From an uncultured Acidobacteriota bacterium (lineage in GTDB: Bacteria; Acidobacteriota; Vicinamibacteria; Vicinamibacterales; UBA2999): a DNA stretch of 64,000 nucleotides. A program made the translations under genes and the position numbers. This document shows, piece after piece, positions 26,614 through 35,903 of this stretch (positions are counted from its first letter, which is position 1; every line of letters begins with the position of its first letter). The notes beneath the pieces were generated by a model. The model saw only the letters and a program-made list of their open reading frames with translations, was not told the DNA's origin and made no database searches. The DNA lies in contig CAVYZT010000013.1 in NCBI GenBank assembly GCA_963773045.1, positions 207,137-271,136 on the forward strand, given 5' to 3'.

Positions 26614-29418
26614 CTAGAACCTGACCCGCACCCCCAACTGCACACTGCGCGGATCGGCGACGCCGGTGATCTGATTGAACGTCGGCGAGGGATTGGTGGG
26701 GTACGTGCCCGCGCCGAAATTCGCGTTGCGCGTGACGTCGTTGCGGTGGTTGGTGAGGTTGAACACCTCCACCAGTCCCTCGATCTGCGCGCGCGAGCTC
26801 ACCTTGAACGAGCGCATCAGCCGCACGCTGGTTGAGAAGAAGGTATCGGCGATGCCCGAGTTGCGCTCGATGAACTCGCCATCGACGACCGGCCGGCCAG
26901 AGGTTCCCTGAACCGTCGTCACGCCCGACGTGATGTTGAAGGGCAACGCCGAATACGCCTGCAGCACGCCGCTCAGCTGAAAGCCGCCCACGTTGGCGCC
27001 GCCGTTGACCACGAGCCGATGTCGTTGGTCGCCGTCCGAGCGGCCCCAGTCCTTCCACACGTCGAAAGGGTCGATCGGCGAGCTGAAGAAGTTCTCGCCG
27101 ACGTTGTTCATCGAGCTCGACAGCGTGTAGCTCACCCGGTAGTAGCCCCACTGCGACGGCCGTTGGCTGTAGGACACGTGCATGGCGTGAGACCTCGAAT
27201 CCGCCGCCCCCTGGTATTGACTGTTGTTGGCAAAATTGGGGTTTGGCCGGCAGCCGTTGTTCGTGCCCACCGCCACGCACGACGGCACGTTCTGGTTGAT
27301 CGACATCATCAGGTGGATGCCCTTGATATAGGTGTAACCGGCGCTGACCGTCCCGGCGGTCCCGACCTGTCGCTCCACCTCGAAGCTGGCCTGCTCCGAA
27401 TAGGCATTCTGCATATCGGGATCGAGCGTTGTCAGGTTGAGGAGCGCGGTCGAGGCCGGCGCGGTCGCCAGGATGTTCGGAAACGTCGGCGCCCCCGTCT
27501 GGGCCGGCGACAGTGAGATGTTGAGCTGCCGCACCGCATTCACGTCGGTGCTGTTGTTGGCCGACAGCAGCGCATTGGCCAGGGCGCGAAGCGGCACGCG
27601 ATCGTAGAAGAGACCGGCGCTCCCCCGCACCACCAGGTTGCGCGACGCCGTCGGCGTCCATGCAAATCCGACGCGCGGTGAGAGGTTGCTCGTGTCGGTG
27701 TTGATCGTCTTCAGGAACTGCAGGTCGTAGCGGAGGCCCAGGTTCAGCGTGAGGTTGGAGGTGGACTTCCACTCGTCCTGCACGTACATCCCGATGTTCG
27801 GGTTGGTCTGCGCCACGACGAGCTCGCCGAACGTCTGACCGAACCCGGCGTTGTTGTAGACGCCGGAGAGGAAATTGGCGAGCGACGAGAAGGTGTATTG
27901 ACCGCGGACCGCTCGCGGGAAGGTGATCGTATCGTCGTTGAACAGGAAGTCGGCGCCGACGCGCAGCGCGTGCGCGCCGGCCTGGTGCGACAGGTTGTCG
28001 ACCACCTGGAACATCTTGTTGAGACGGCCTTGCGGGCTCGACGGAAAGGTGCCGAACGACGCCACGCCGGCGATGCTGACCGCCGGACCGATCGGGTCGG
28101 TGGGGAGAGCGAGGAGATCGCTATAGGTGAACTGGGCGCGGGTTTCGTTCACGGTGCGTGACCCGAGGGTCGCCGTGTTGCTGATCGCGATCGCCTGATC
28201 GCGGTTGTCGAGTCCGGCCGATCCCGAAGGCGCGCTGATGCCGCCCGCGCCGCGCGAGTTCTCGGAGTACACGTCGTAGAAGCTGTATCGGACGCTCAGG
28301 AGATCCGTGCCGCTGAATTGATGATCGACCTTGCCCAGCACGTTGACGCTGTGCACCGGGTTTTCATAGATGCCGGTGGCGACTCGCGAACCGGGATAGC
28401 CGACTTCGTTGAGTCGCGCGTTGATGATCGCCACGTTGGCGTCGCTGATCGTCGTGAGCCCGGTTTGATCCAGCAGCCGCTGCTCGACGTTTCCGAAATA
28501 GAACGTCCGGTTCTTCGCGATCGGCCCACCGAGGCTGAGGCCGTACTGCTTCTGCGACATCGGCAGCGTCGTGCCCGACAATGCGTTTCTCGCGTTCATC
28601 GAGTCGTCTTTGAAATAGCCGTAGACGTCGCCGCGCATGAGGTTCGTGCCGCTCTTGGTCACCACGTTGACGTACCCGCCAAGCGCGCGCCCGAGCTCGG
28701 CCTGCCCGCCCGAGGTCACCACCTGGAATTGATCGACCGCATCGACGCCGTACGGCATCCCGCTCAATCCCGCCGCATCGTCATTGGCCGAGAGGCCGTC
28801 GACGATGAAGTTGTTGGAGAAGTTGCGCTGGCTGCCGATCGAGATGCCCATCCCGCTGACGGCGGACGTTTCCGCGAAGAGCTGGGTGCTGTTCAGATTG
28901 GGCGGCGACACGCCTGACACCAGCAACGCGATGTCGAGAAAGTTGCGGCCGTTGAGCGGAAGATTCACCACTTCGGCCTGCGAAACCGTGCCGGCAATCT
29001 GGCTGCGTGCCGATTCGAGCAGCGGCGCTGCAGCGTTGACGGTCACCGTCGTCTCGACCGACTCGACCGCGAGCGTGACGGGCACTTCAAACGCCGAGCC
29101 CAACGTGAGCGTGAGCTGGCGCGCGGCGGTCTGGAACCCGGGCAATGCCACCGTGACTTCGTACGCGCCGACACGGAGATAGGGGAAACGAAAACGGCCG
29201 GACGCATCGGTCACGCTTTCGGCGGCGACGTTGGTTGCGGTCTGCCGGGCCGTGACGGTGGCGCCGGGCACCGCCGCGCCCGATGGATCGGTGACGCGTC
29301 CGCTGACGCTGGCGTAATTGACCGTTTCCTGCGCACGGGCGATGGCCGGCAGGGCGATACACAAGGCCGCGCAGCTGAGAATCCTGATTAAGGGGGAAAG
29401 TCGAGCAAGGCAAGACAT
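26614..29418 (-). CDS. TonB-dependent receptor with N-terminal carboxypeptidase-regulatory-like domain
   Basis: Signal peptide. GRVTDPSGAAVPGATVTA (CarboxypepD_reg). Plug and barrel. Terminal ...QLGVRVRF. Confidence 0.85.
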   Translation of the reverse strand: MSCLARLSPLIRILSCAALCIALPAIARAQETVNYASVSGRVTDPSGAAVPGATVTARQTATNVAAESVTDASGRFRFPYLRVGAYEVTVALPGFQTAARQLTLTLGSAFEVPVTLAVESVETTVTVNAAAPLLESARSQIAGTVSQAEVVNLPLNGRNFLDIALLVSGVSPPNLNSTQLFAETSAVSGMGISIGSQRNFSNNFIVDGLSANDDAAGLSGMPYGVDAVDQFQVVTSGGQAELGRALGGYVNVVTKSGTNLMRGDVYGYFKDDSMNARNALSGTTLPMSQKQYGLSLGGPIAKNRTFYFGNVEQRLLDQTGLTTISDANVAIINARLNEVGYPGSRVATGIYENPVHSVNVLGKVDHQFSGTDLLSVRYSFYDVYSENSRGAGGISAPSGSAGLDNRDQAIAISNTATLGSRTVNETRAQFTYSDLLALPTDPIGPAVSIAGVASFGTFPSSPQGRLNKMFQVVDNLSHQAGAHALRVGADFLFNDDTITFPRAVRGQYTFSSLANFLSGVYNNAGFGQTFGELVVAQTNPNIGMYVQDEWKSTSNLTLNLGLRYDLQFLKTINTDTSNLSPRVGFAWTPTASRNLVVRGSAGLFYDRVPLRALANALLSANNSTDVNAVRQLNISLSPAQTGAPTFPNILATAPASTALLNLTTLDPDMQNAYSEQASFEVERQVGTAGTVSAGYTYIKGIHLMMSINQNVPSCVAVGTNNGCRPNPNFANNSQYQGAADSRSHAMHVSYSQRPSQWGYYRVSYTLSSSMNNVGENFFSSPIDPFDVWKDWGRSDGDQRHRLVVNGGANVGGFQLSGVLQAYSALPFNITSGVTTVQGTSGRPVVDGEFIERNSGIADTFFSTSVRLMRSFKVSSRAQIEGLVEVFNLTNHRNDVTRNANFGAGTYPTNPSPTFNQITGVADPRSVQLGVRVRF

Positions 29419-29477
29419 GTAGCGCCCAGCTTACGGACCGCGAAGGCCGGCGGGAATGCGGTCAATTGTCGCAGCTG

Positions 29478-29549
29478 GTTGCAGCTGGGACAGTCCCCGT
29501 GGTTGCAGCTGGGGACAGTCCCCGGGGACTGTCCCCGGGGACTGTCCCC
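29478..29549. repeat. Four tandem copies of the 13-bp palindrome GGGGAC-N-GTCCCC, nested in an outer inverted repeat (29463-29474 / 29592-29602)
   Basis: Read directly. 29511-29536 is a perfect 26-bp palindrome. Lies in the divergent TBDR/regB region. Confidence 0.9.
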
Positions 29550-29661
29550 AATGGCGAGAGTTTTGCGCGATCGGCAGTTTCTTCTACGAACCTGCGACAA
29601 TTCGCCGCAGCTCCGTTAATCGACCGATTGACCGATTTGTCCCGGCCACCCCACTACACTG

Positions 29662-30933
29662 GTGTCGGAAATGGCCGAATCGCCACTCGACGCAGGGCCG
29701 CTCGTCACCGGGCCGTGGCTCGTGCGCTTGCGGTGGGCCGCGGTCGGCGCGCAGGCCATCGGCGTTGCCGTGGCCGTTCGCGCCCTCGGTCTGGCGCTGC
29801 CCCTGCTGCCGATTGCCACCCTGATCACAATCCTCGGCGCCAGCAACATCGTTCTTGGCTGGTGGGTCTCTCAGGGCCGTCCAGCGCCACCGCGGATGTT
29901 TGGCGCGGTGCTCACCGCCGACGTGATGATGCTGACGGCTCTGCTCTGGCTTGCCGGCGGCGCGTCCAATCCATTCACAGTCGTCTATCTCGTCTACATC
30001 GCGCTCGCGGCGGTCACGTTGGGATCAGAGTGGACGTGGACGATCGCGGCGCTCGCCGTCGCCGGCTACGCGACGCTGTTTGCGATCGCCCCGCCTGCCG
30101 ATCCGCACGACATGCACCGGCCGGCGAACGACCTGTCGGGCCACCTGGCCGGCATGTGGGTAGCGTTCCTGTCTGCTGCCGTGCTCATTGGGTTTTTCGT
30201 CACGCGCGTGCGTGCCGCGCTCGACGCACGCGAGCGCGATTTGGCCGAAGCCAGACGCCAGGCGGCGCTGCAGGATCGGCTGGCATCGCTGACGACCCTT
30301 GCCGCCGGCGCCGCGCACGAATTGGCGACGCCGCTGGCGACGATCGCCGTCGCGTCGAAGGAATTGGTCCACGCAGCCGAAGCGACGACCGACTCGGCGC
30401 TCATCGATGACGCGCGGCTGATTCGATCGCAAGTCGAGCGCTGCCGGCAGATTCTCGATCACATGAGCGGCCGCGCCGACGCGACCACAGTCGATCCACC
30501 CGCGCTCATCGATCCCGTGGTCGTCGTGCGCGAGGCCATCGAGGCGCTGCCATCGGGCGCCGCATCGCGCGTGCTCACCCGCGTGCAAGGCGCCGCCCCT
30601 GGCGTGCGAATCCCGCGAGTCGGTGTCGCGCGCGTGCTGACGACGCTGCTCAAGAACGCGCTCGATGCCTCGCCCGACGGATCGCCGGTTGAGATTGCCG
30701 TCACCGCATCAGCCGATCAATTGCAGTTTGCCGTGAGCGATTCGGGCCAGGGGATGGACGACGCGACGCTGGCGCGAGCTGGCGAGCCGTTTTTCACCAC
30801 CAAGGCGCCCGGCGCGGGCTTTGGGCTCGGCCTCTTCCTCGCGCGCACCTTCGTCGAACAGTGGGGCGGCCGCTTCACTCTCCGGTCGCAGCCTGGACAT
30901 GGCACCGTGGCGGCCGTCGAGTTCTTCAATTAG
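29662..30933 (+). CDS. regB: Redox-sensing histidine kinase RegB/PrrB family
   Basis: Six TM helices containing the GGASNPF (GGxxNPF) box. H-box AAHELATPLATI. Conserved Cys in VERCRQILDHM. Confidence 0.8.
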   Translation: MSEMAESPLDAGPLVTGPWLVRLRWAAVGAQAIGVAVAVRALGLALPLLPIATLITILGASNIVLGWWVSQGRPAPPRMFGAVLTADVMMLTALLWLAGGASNPFTVVYLVYIALAAVTLGSEWTWTIAALAVAGYATLFAIAPPADPHDMHRPANDLSGHLAGMWVAFLSAAVLIGFFVTRVRAALDARERDLAEARRQAALQDRLASLTTLAAGAAHELATPLATIAVASKELVHAAEATTDSALIDDARLIRSQVERCRQILDHMSGRADATTVDPPALIDPVVVVREAIEALPSGAASRVLTRVQGAAPGVRIPRVGVARVLTTLLKNALDASPDGSPVEIAVTASADQLQFAVSDSGQGMDDATLARAGEPFFTTKAPGAGFGLGLFLARTFVEQWGGRFTLRSQPGHGTVAAVEFFN

Positions 30934-30980
30934 GGCTGGTGGGGCTGGTGGGGCTGGTGGGGCGGGTGGGGGGGTGAGGC
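30934..30980. repeat. G-rich decamer array (GGGCTGGTGG)n, G-quadruplex-capable
   Basis: GGGCTGGTGGGGCTGGTGGGGCTGGTGGGGCGGGTGGGGGGG begins directly after the regB stop. Confidence 0.85.
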
Positions 30981-30994
30981 CGGCGGGGAGATGA

Positions 30995-31555
30995 ATGACT
31001 CAGAACGTGACTGACGGCGCGGAACGGTCGGGCACGAGCATCTTCGTCGTCGAAGACGACGAGCGGTTTCGCGAGCGGCTCGCGCGCGCGCTCGAGGCTC
31101 GCGGCTGCGACGTGCGCGCCTTCGGGTCGGCCGAGGATGCGCTGGCCGCTGCCGGACAGGAGAGTCCTGAGCTCGCCGTTGTGGATCTCAAGCTCCCTGG
31201 GGCGAGCGGACTCGACGTCGTTCGCGGCCTTCACGCCGTCGACCCCACCACTCGAATCGTCGTTCTTACCGGTTACGGCAGCATCGCAACGGCGCTCGAA
31301 AGTGTCCGGCTGGGAGCGGTCAACTATCTGACCAAGCCGGTGGACGCCGACCAGGTGCTGGCAGCGTTCGACGGTCGCGATGTATCGAGCGATCAACTCC
31401 ACGTCGAAGTGCCCTCACTCGCACGCGTCGAATGGGAACACATCCAACGCGTGCTGGCCGATTGCGATGGCAATGTCTCGCAAGCGGCGAGGCTTCTGGG
31501 CATTCACCGCCGATCGCTTCAGCGGAAGCTCTCGAAATATCCGACCGCACGGTGA
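30995..31555 (+). CDS. regA: Response regulator RegA/PrrA/ActR family (REC plus Fis-type HTH)
   Basis: VVEDDERFRERLARALE..., and C-terminal VEWEHIQRVLADCDGNVSQAARLLGIHRRSLQRKL. Confidence 0.85.
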   Translation: MTQNVTDGAERSGTSIFVVEDDERFRERLARALEARGCDVRAFGSAEDALAAAGQESPELAVVDLKLPGASGLDVVRGLHAVDPTTRIVVLTGYGSIATALESVRLGAVNYLTKPVDADQVLAAFDGRDVSSDQLHVEVPSLARVEWEHIQRVLADCDGNVSQAARLLGIHRRSLQRKLSKYPTAR

Positions 31556-31562
31556 GGGTGGG

Positions 31563-31776
31563 CATTGCCGATCGACTGAATGGCCGATTGACCGATGGTT
31601 TGGCGGATGGGTGAATGTGGAATGTGTCAATCGATCGAGCGATCGACAATTGCACGATTGAGTCACTAGATCGCGAACTCACCGAATCACACAACAGTCG
31701 TCCCTCGACTACGCTCGGGACGACCCTGAGCGGAGTCGAAGGGTCGCTAAATCAGTCGATCGATCGTTCGGCAATT
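31563..31776. repeat. CGATCG-rich TIR element, full-length copy
   Basis: Left end cattgccgatcgactgaatggccgattgaccgatggtttgg. Right end tcgctaaatcagtcgatcgatcgttcggcaatt. Homologous to 35723-35890 along its length. Confidence 0.75.
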
Positions 31777-31802
31777 TGCACGCACGGCTCCGGTGACCAC
31801 CA

Positions 31803-33060
31803 CTACTGGCAGTTGAACGTGCGCAGTTGCAGCGCCGGCTGAGCTCCCTGGCCCGAGAAGACGGTCGCGCTGTTGCCGGCCGTATCGGTGGCCGTCAACC
31901 TGACCGAGAGCGGGATGACCGAGCCGTCGGGAGCCGACGCCCCGCACGACTCGGTGAACGAGAAGCTCGACAGCGCGCCGACCTGCGTCCGCACCTTGCT
32001 CCCGCCGTACGCGTATTCGACGCGCCAGTCGTAGGTGGCAATCGGCGCCGGCAGGACGGCCGAGACCGCGGTCGCCGTGCAGACGGTTTGGTTCGCGCGG
32101 ACCCGGCACTCGGTGGTCGGACTCGTCGACGTCGCGGGATCGAAGAACTGGAATCCGATCGTGACCGACGTCGAGCCTTGACGGACTTCGAGGAACGTTG
32201 CTCCGCCCGGATAGTTGAAGCGAATCGTCCCGGAGCGCGGCGCGCCAGTGTTGGCCGCCACGTTGTAGGTCAGCGTTCCGCGGTCGCCGCCTGTGATGGG
32301 CCGGCTCAGCGTGATCCACGGCGCTTCGCTTTCGGCCAGCCACTCGCACGAACCGGACGTTCGGATCATTTCGGCGACAAAGGTCCCTCCGGCCGACGGT
32401 GGCGACACCGGCGTGCCGATGTAATAGGCGCACTGCGCCAGGCAAGTCGGCGGCGCCGGGTTGCCATCCACTTGGGTCAGGGCTTTCTGTACCGCCGTGG
32501 GGTGATCGCACCCGCTGGTGCGATACCGCAGGTACTCGCCGGTCCAGATCGCCGCGCCCTCCTGGTCCACCGCCGACTGCGCACTGCGCCCCATCGCCTG
32601 GTACTTCGATCCGAGCTGGCGACGGAAGTCGACGAGCTGGTCACGCGGAGGGTAGATCGCCGTTTCGGGGAAGAACCGGATAGCGCAGACCGGGCTGGCG
32701 GCCGCGCCGTCGATCTGCGACAAGGCCCGCTGGGTTGCGGTGTCGTGATCGCATCCGTTCACGCGATAACGATCGGTACTCGCCGATCCACGTGGCCTCC
32801 CCCTCCATGTCCACGAAGGTCTGGGCCGGCCGGCGACCCATCGACGTGTACTTGCTCTCGAGCTGCATCCGGAAATCCAGGGCGTCGGGCCGCGGCGGAA
32901 AGTCGACGACCGCCGGGCGCGAGACACCACCGTCAGGCCCGCCCGGCAGGACGACCGATGGGCCAGTTGGCGTCGCCGTCGACGGTTCCTGCGACTTTTT
33001 CGAGCACGCGCTGGCAACCAACGCGAGCGTGGAGATGGCGAGAAGGAGGCGGATTGACAT
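31803..33060 (-). CDS. Lipoprotein with two tandem roughly 70-aa Cys-containing repeats and BACON/Ig-like C-terminal domains. Apparent 1-nt insertion at 32775.
   Basis: Lipobox LALVASAC. Repeat 1 is broken after WIGEY and continues as DRYRVNGCDHDTATQRAL in the other frame, parallel to the intact repeat 2 WTGEYLRYRTSGCDHPTAVQKAL. Confidence 0.6.
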
Positions 33061-33158
33061 GATGGCTGGGAGCGCAAGTCGTGCGCCCGCGCATCCTAGC
33101 CTGGGTCGAGTCTGCGTCGCAGTACGTCTTAGGTCCTACTCTTGGCGCGCCGCCCTGT

Positions 33159-33240
33159 AGGGGCCTGGCCCGTTCTCAGAAACTGGGACGCCGGTACGGT
33201 TCTTCCGTCGTCGCAGGTTCTGCGAACGGGCCAGGCCCCT
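33159..33240. repeat. GGGGCCTGGCCC-ended hairpin element, copy 1
   Basis: AGGGGCCTGGCCCGTTC ... GAACGGGCCAGGCCCCT (17-bp perfect stem, about 48-nt loop), just downstream of the ADOP gene stop. Confidence 0.85.
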
Positions 33241-33253
33241 AGTCGCTAGGCCC

Positions 33254-35725
33254 CTAGTCGCCGCGCAGCGCGTCGACCGGAGCGATCCGCGCGGCCTTGA
33301 TCGCGGGGGCCGTCACCGCGATCGCGGCGACGATCGCCAGAACCAGCGTCGACGCGGCGAGCGCAACCCCGTCGAACGGGCTCACGCCGAACAGGACTCC
33401 TCGCAGCAGTCGATCGGCCGCGATCGTCAGCACGATCCCGAGCACGATCCCCCCGGCGAGCAGCCGCCCTGCGCCGCTGACGACGAGCCGAATCATCTGA
33501 GACGGCTCGGCACCGATGGCGAGGCGGAGCGCCATCTCGCGTGACCGCTCCGAGACGATCAGCATGAAGAGGCTGTAGAGGCCGACCGCGGCGAGCGTCA
33601 CGGCGGCGGTCGCGAACAGACTCAACATCGTCGCGTCGAGCCGCGGCCGATCGAGCGCGGCATCGAGCACCGCCTGGAGGGGTCGCACGCCGAACACCGC
33701 GCGGCCCGGTTCGATCTCGCCGACGATTCGCCGGAGCGCGCCTGCGAGGGCTCGCGGATCGCTGGTTCGGACGACGTACTCGGGGTCGGGCCAGGCGCCG
33801 GCCGGACTGCAGGTATAGACGTACGGCGCTGGACTTGCGGCGTGGCCGTCTTCGGCCAGATTTCCAAGGATGCCTGTGATCGTGAAATTCGCCCCGCCCG
33901 CCTGCGTGAGCGTCACCGTGCGACCGATGAGGTCCTGTCCGCCGGCGAAAACCTCGACGAAGCGGTGGTTGACCAGCGCCGAGAGCGGGACGCCGCGGCC
34001 GCCGATGCCGAGCGCCGGACATGACGATCCACCGACGAGTTGCGCGCGAATCGCGCGCACGTAGCCGCCGCCGATCATCCGCGTGCCGACCGTCATCGAT
34101 CCGTCCTCGTTCGGGCCGACCAGGCCGCTCACCTTGAACTCATAGCGCAGCGTGGCGCCAGTGGCCGGGAAGAAGTTCGTCAGGCCCGCTGCCTGCACGT
34201 GCGGCAACTGCTCGAGCCTCGAGAGCAGCTCCTGCTGCAGCAGGCCGATGCGCGCGCGGTCTTCGTCCCAGCGCGCGGCGACGTGGAACGTGATCACACT
34301 CGAGGGATCGAAGCCGACGTCGATGCGGGTCAAGTTGGCATAGCTGCGTAGCAACAGCGTGGCCGAACCGACCAGCAAAACGCTCAGCGCCACTTGAGCG
34401 ACGACCAGCAGGCGTTGTACGCGGTGATGTCCGCCGCCGACGGCGCGATTGCCGGCGGCCAGCGCCGGGGTCAGCGTGGCGCGTGTGCTGGTGATCGACG
34501 GGATGAGGCTGAACACGAACGCAGCGAGGACGCTGGTGGCGGCGACAAACGACAGCGCGCGCCAGTCGAGCGCCACCTCGTTGATGCGCGGCGTTCGCGT
34601 GAGGATCGCCGGCATGAGTGACAACAGCCAGGCCGTGAGCAGCGTCCCAAGCGCGCCGCCGGCGACGGCGATCAACAGCCCTTCGCGAACCACCGTGGCG
34701 ACCACCCGCACCCGCGAGGCTCCCAACGCGACGCGCAGCGCGAGCTCTCGCGCGCGACGCTGCATCTGGACCAGCGTCAGCCCCGCGATATTGGCGACGG
34801 CGATCACCCAGAGCGAGGCGACGGCGCCGAGCACGATGACGAGCCCACGCCCGGCATCGCCAACCCGCGCGTCTTTCAGGCCGCGGAGCTGTACCGACCA
34901 GCCAGCGTCGGTCTTGGGAAAGTCCCGCGCTAGCGCGTCCTGCACCGACGCCAGTTCACGCTGGCCCGCGTCGATGGTCACGCCGCGCTTCAGCCGCCCG
35001 ACGCCCTGGACGAAGCGGGCGTTGCGCACGGCCAGAAGGCCGGGAGGCGTTTGCGACGGCAGCCAGACATCGGTCGTCGCGCTCGTGAAGGTCGCGGGCA
35101 TCACGCCGACGATCTCGTAGGATCGCCCGCCGATCTTCAGGGCGTGGCCGATGGCGGCCGGGCTGCCTTGGAATCGCCGCGTCCAGAATCGCTCGCTGAT
35201 GATCGCGGCCCCCGGTCCGCCGAAGGCTTCCTCGGCGTCGGTGAAATACCGGCCGGCGATTGGCGGCGTCGCGAACACGGCGAAGAATCGGGGCTGCACG
35301 CGTCGGCCTTCCAGGCGCTCGGGCTCCGCGCCGCTCGTGTCGGTGACGTTCTCGTTATAGCTGCCCGAGATTCCGGTGAAGCTCTGGCTCAGCCGCTGCC
35401 AGTCTTCCAGCCGGCCGGGCGCGACGAGGCCGATGTCCTGTGCGGCAGGGGAATTGGAACTCGACTCGTAGACGGTCACGAGCCGATCGGAATCGGGATA
35501 CGGCAGCGGCTTGATCAGCACGGTATCCACCAGCGAGAACACCGCCGCGGTGATTCCCGTGCCGAACCCAAGCGTGAGCACGGCCGACGCCAGAAACGCG
35601 GGCCGCCGCCCAAGCGACCGCAGCGCCTGCCGCCAGGCTGAAGACTGAATCCACTGCGACGGCCACTTCCATACGTCCTGGTGACGCGTTGGACGGACGA
35701 CACCTCGGGCGAACCGTTGGCTCAT
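33254..35725 (-). CDS. ADOP-family duplicated ABC permease (MacB-like, two FtsX domains)
   Basis: N-terminal RQALRSLGRRPAFLASAVLTLGFG, two MacB_PCD/FtsX modules, about 820 aa. The ATG 35725 lies inside the terminus of a dispersed repeat. Confidence 0.85.
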   Translation of the reverse strand: MSQRFARGVVRPTRHQDVWKWPSQWIQSSAWRQALRSLGRRPAFLASAVLTLGFGTGITAAVFSLVDTVLIKPLPYPDSDRLVTVYESSSNSPAAQDIGLVAPGRLEDWQRLSQSFTGISGSYNENVTDTSGAEPERLEGRRVQPRFFAVFATPPIAGRYFTDAEEAFGGPGAAIISERFWTRRFQGSPAAIGHALKIGGRSYEIVGVMPATFTSATTDVWLPSQTPPGLLAVRNARFVQGVGRLKRGVTIDAGQRELASVQDALARDFPKTDAGWSVQLRGLKDARVGDAGRGLVIVLGAVASLWVIAVANIAGLTLVQMQRRARELALRVALGASRVRVVATVVREGLLIAVAGGALGTLLTAWLLSLMPAILTRTPRINEVALDWRALSFVAATSVLAAFVFSLIPSITSTRATLTPALAAGNRAVGGGHHRVQRLLVVAQVALSVLLVGSATLLLRSYANLTRIDVGFDPSSVITFHVAARWDEDRARIGLLQQELLSRLEQLPHVQAAGLTNFFPATGATLRYEFKVSGLVGPNEDGSMTVGTRMIGGGYVRAIRAQLVGGSSCPALGIGGRGVPLSALVNHRFVEVFAGGQDLIGRTVTLTQAGGANFTITGILGNLAEDGHAASPAPYVYTCSPAGAWPDPEYVVRTSDPRALAGALRRIVGEIEPGRAVFGVRPLQAVLDAALDRPRLDATMLSLFATAAVTLAAVGLYSLFMLIVSERSREMALRLAIGAEPSQMIRLVVSGAGRLLAGGIVLGIVLTIAADRLLRGVLFGVSPFDGVALAASTLVLAIVAAIAVTAPAIKAARIAPVDALRGD

Positions 35726-35890
35726 TGCCGATTGACTGAACGACCGATCGACCGACTGTTTGGTGATGGCCAATCGGTCGATTGGGTGAATCAATCGGAC
35801 GATTGACGATGGCTCGATCGATTCCCGAAATCCCGAAATCACCCAATCACGAAACAGTCGCTAAATCGGTCGATCGGTCGTTCGGCAATT
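35723..35890. repeat. CGATCG-rich TIR element, full-length copy
   Basis: cattgccgattgactgaacgaccgatcgaccgactgtttgg ... cagtcgctaaatcggtcgatcggtcgttcggcaatt. The termini are inverted repeats sharing ATTGCCGA and ACGACCGATCGACCGA. Confidence 0.8.
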
Positions 35891-35903
35891 GATACCGATC
35901 CTT

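Noticed and set aside
25176-26645. Long N-terminal extensions of several ORFs: MFS 26388-26645, ADOP 35726-35842, RR 7006-7086, porin 10735-10992, kdpB 14889-14939, DegP 44208-44267 and DUF1592 48439-48732
   Set aside because: The extensions translate dispersed repeats or the upstream gene's 3' region. Signal peptides, RBS motifs or conserved N-termini begin at the internal starts I chose.
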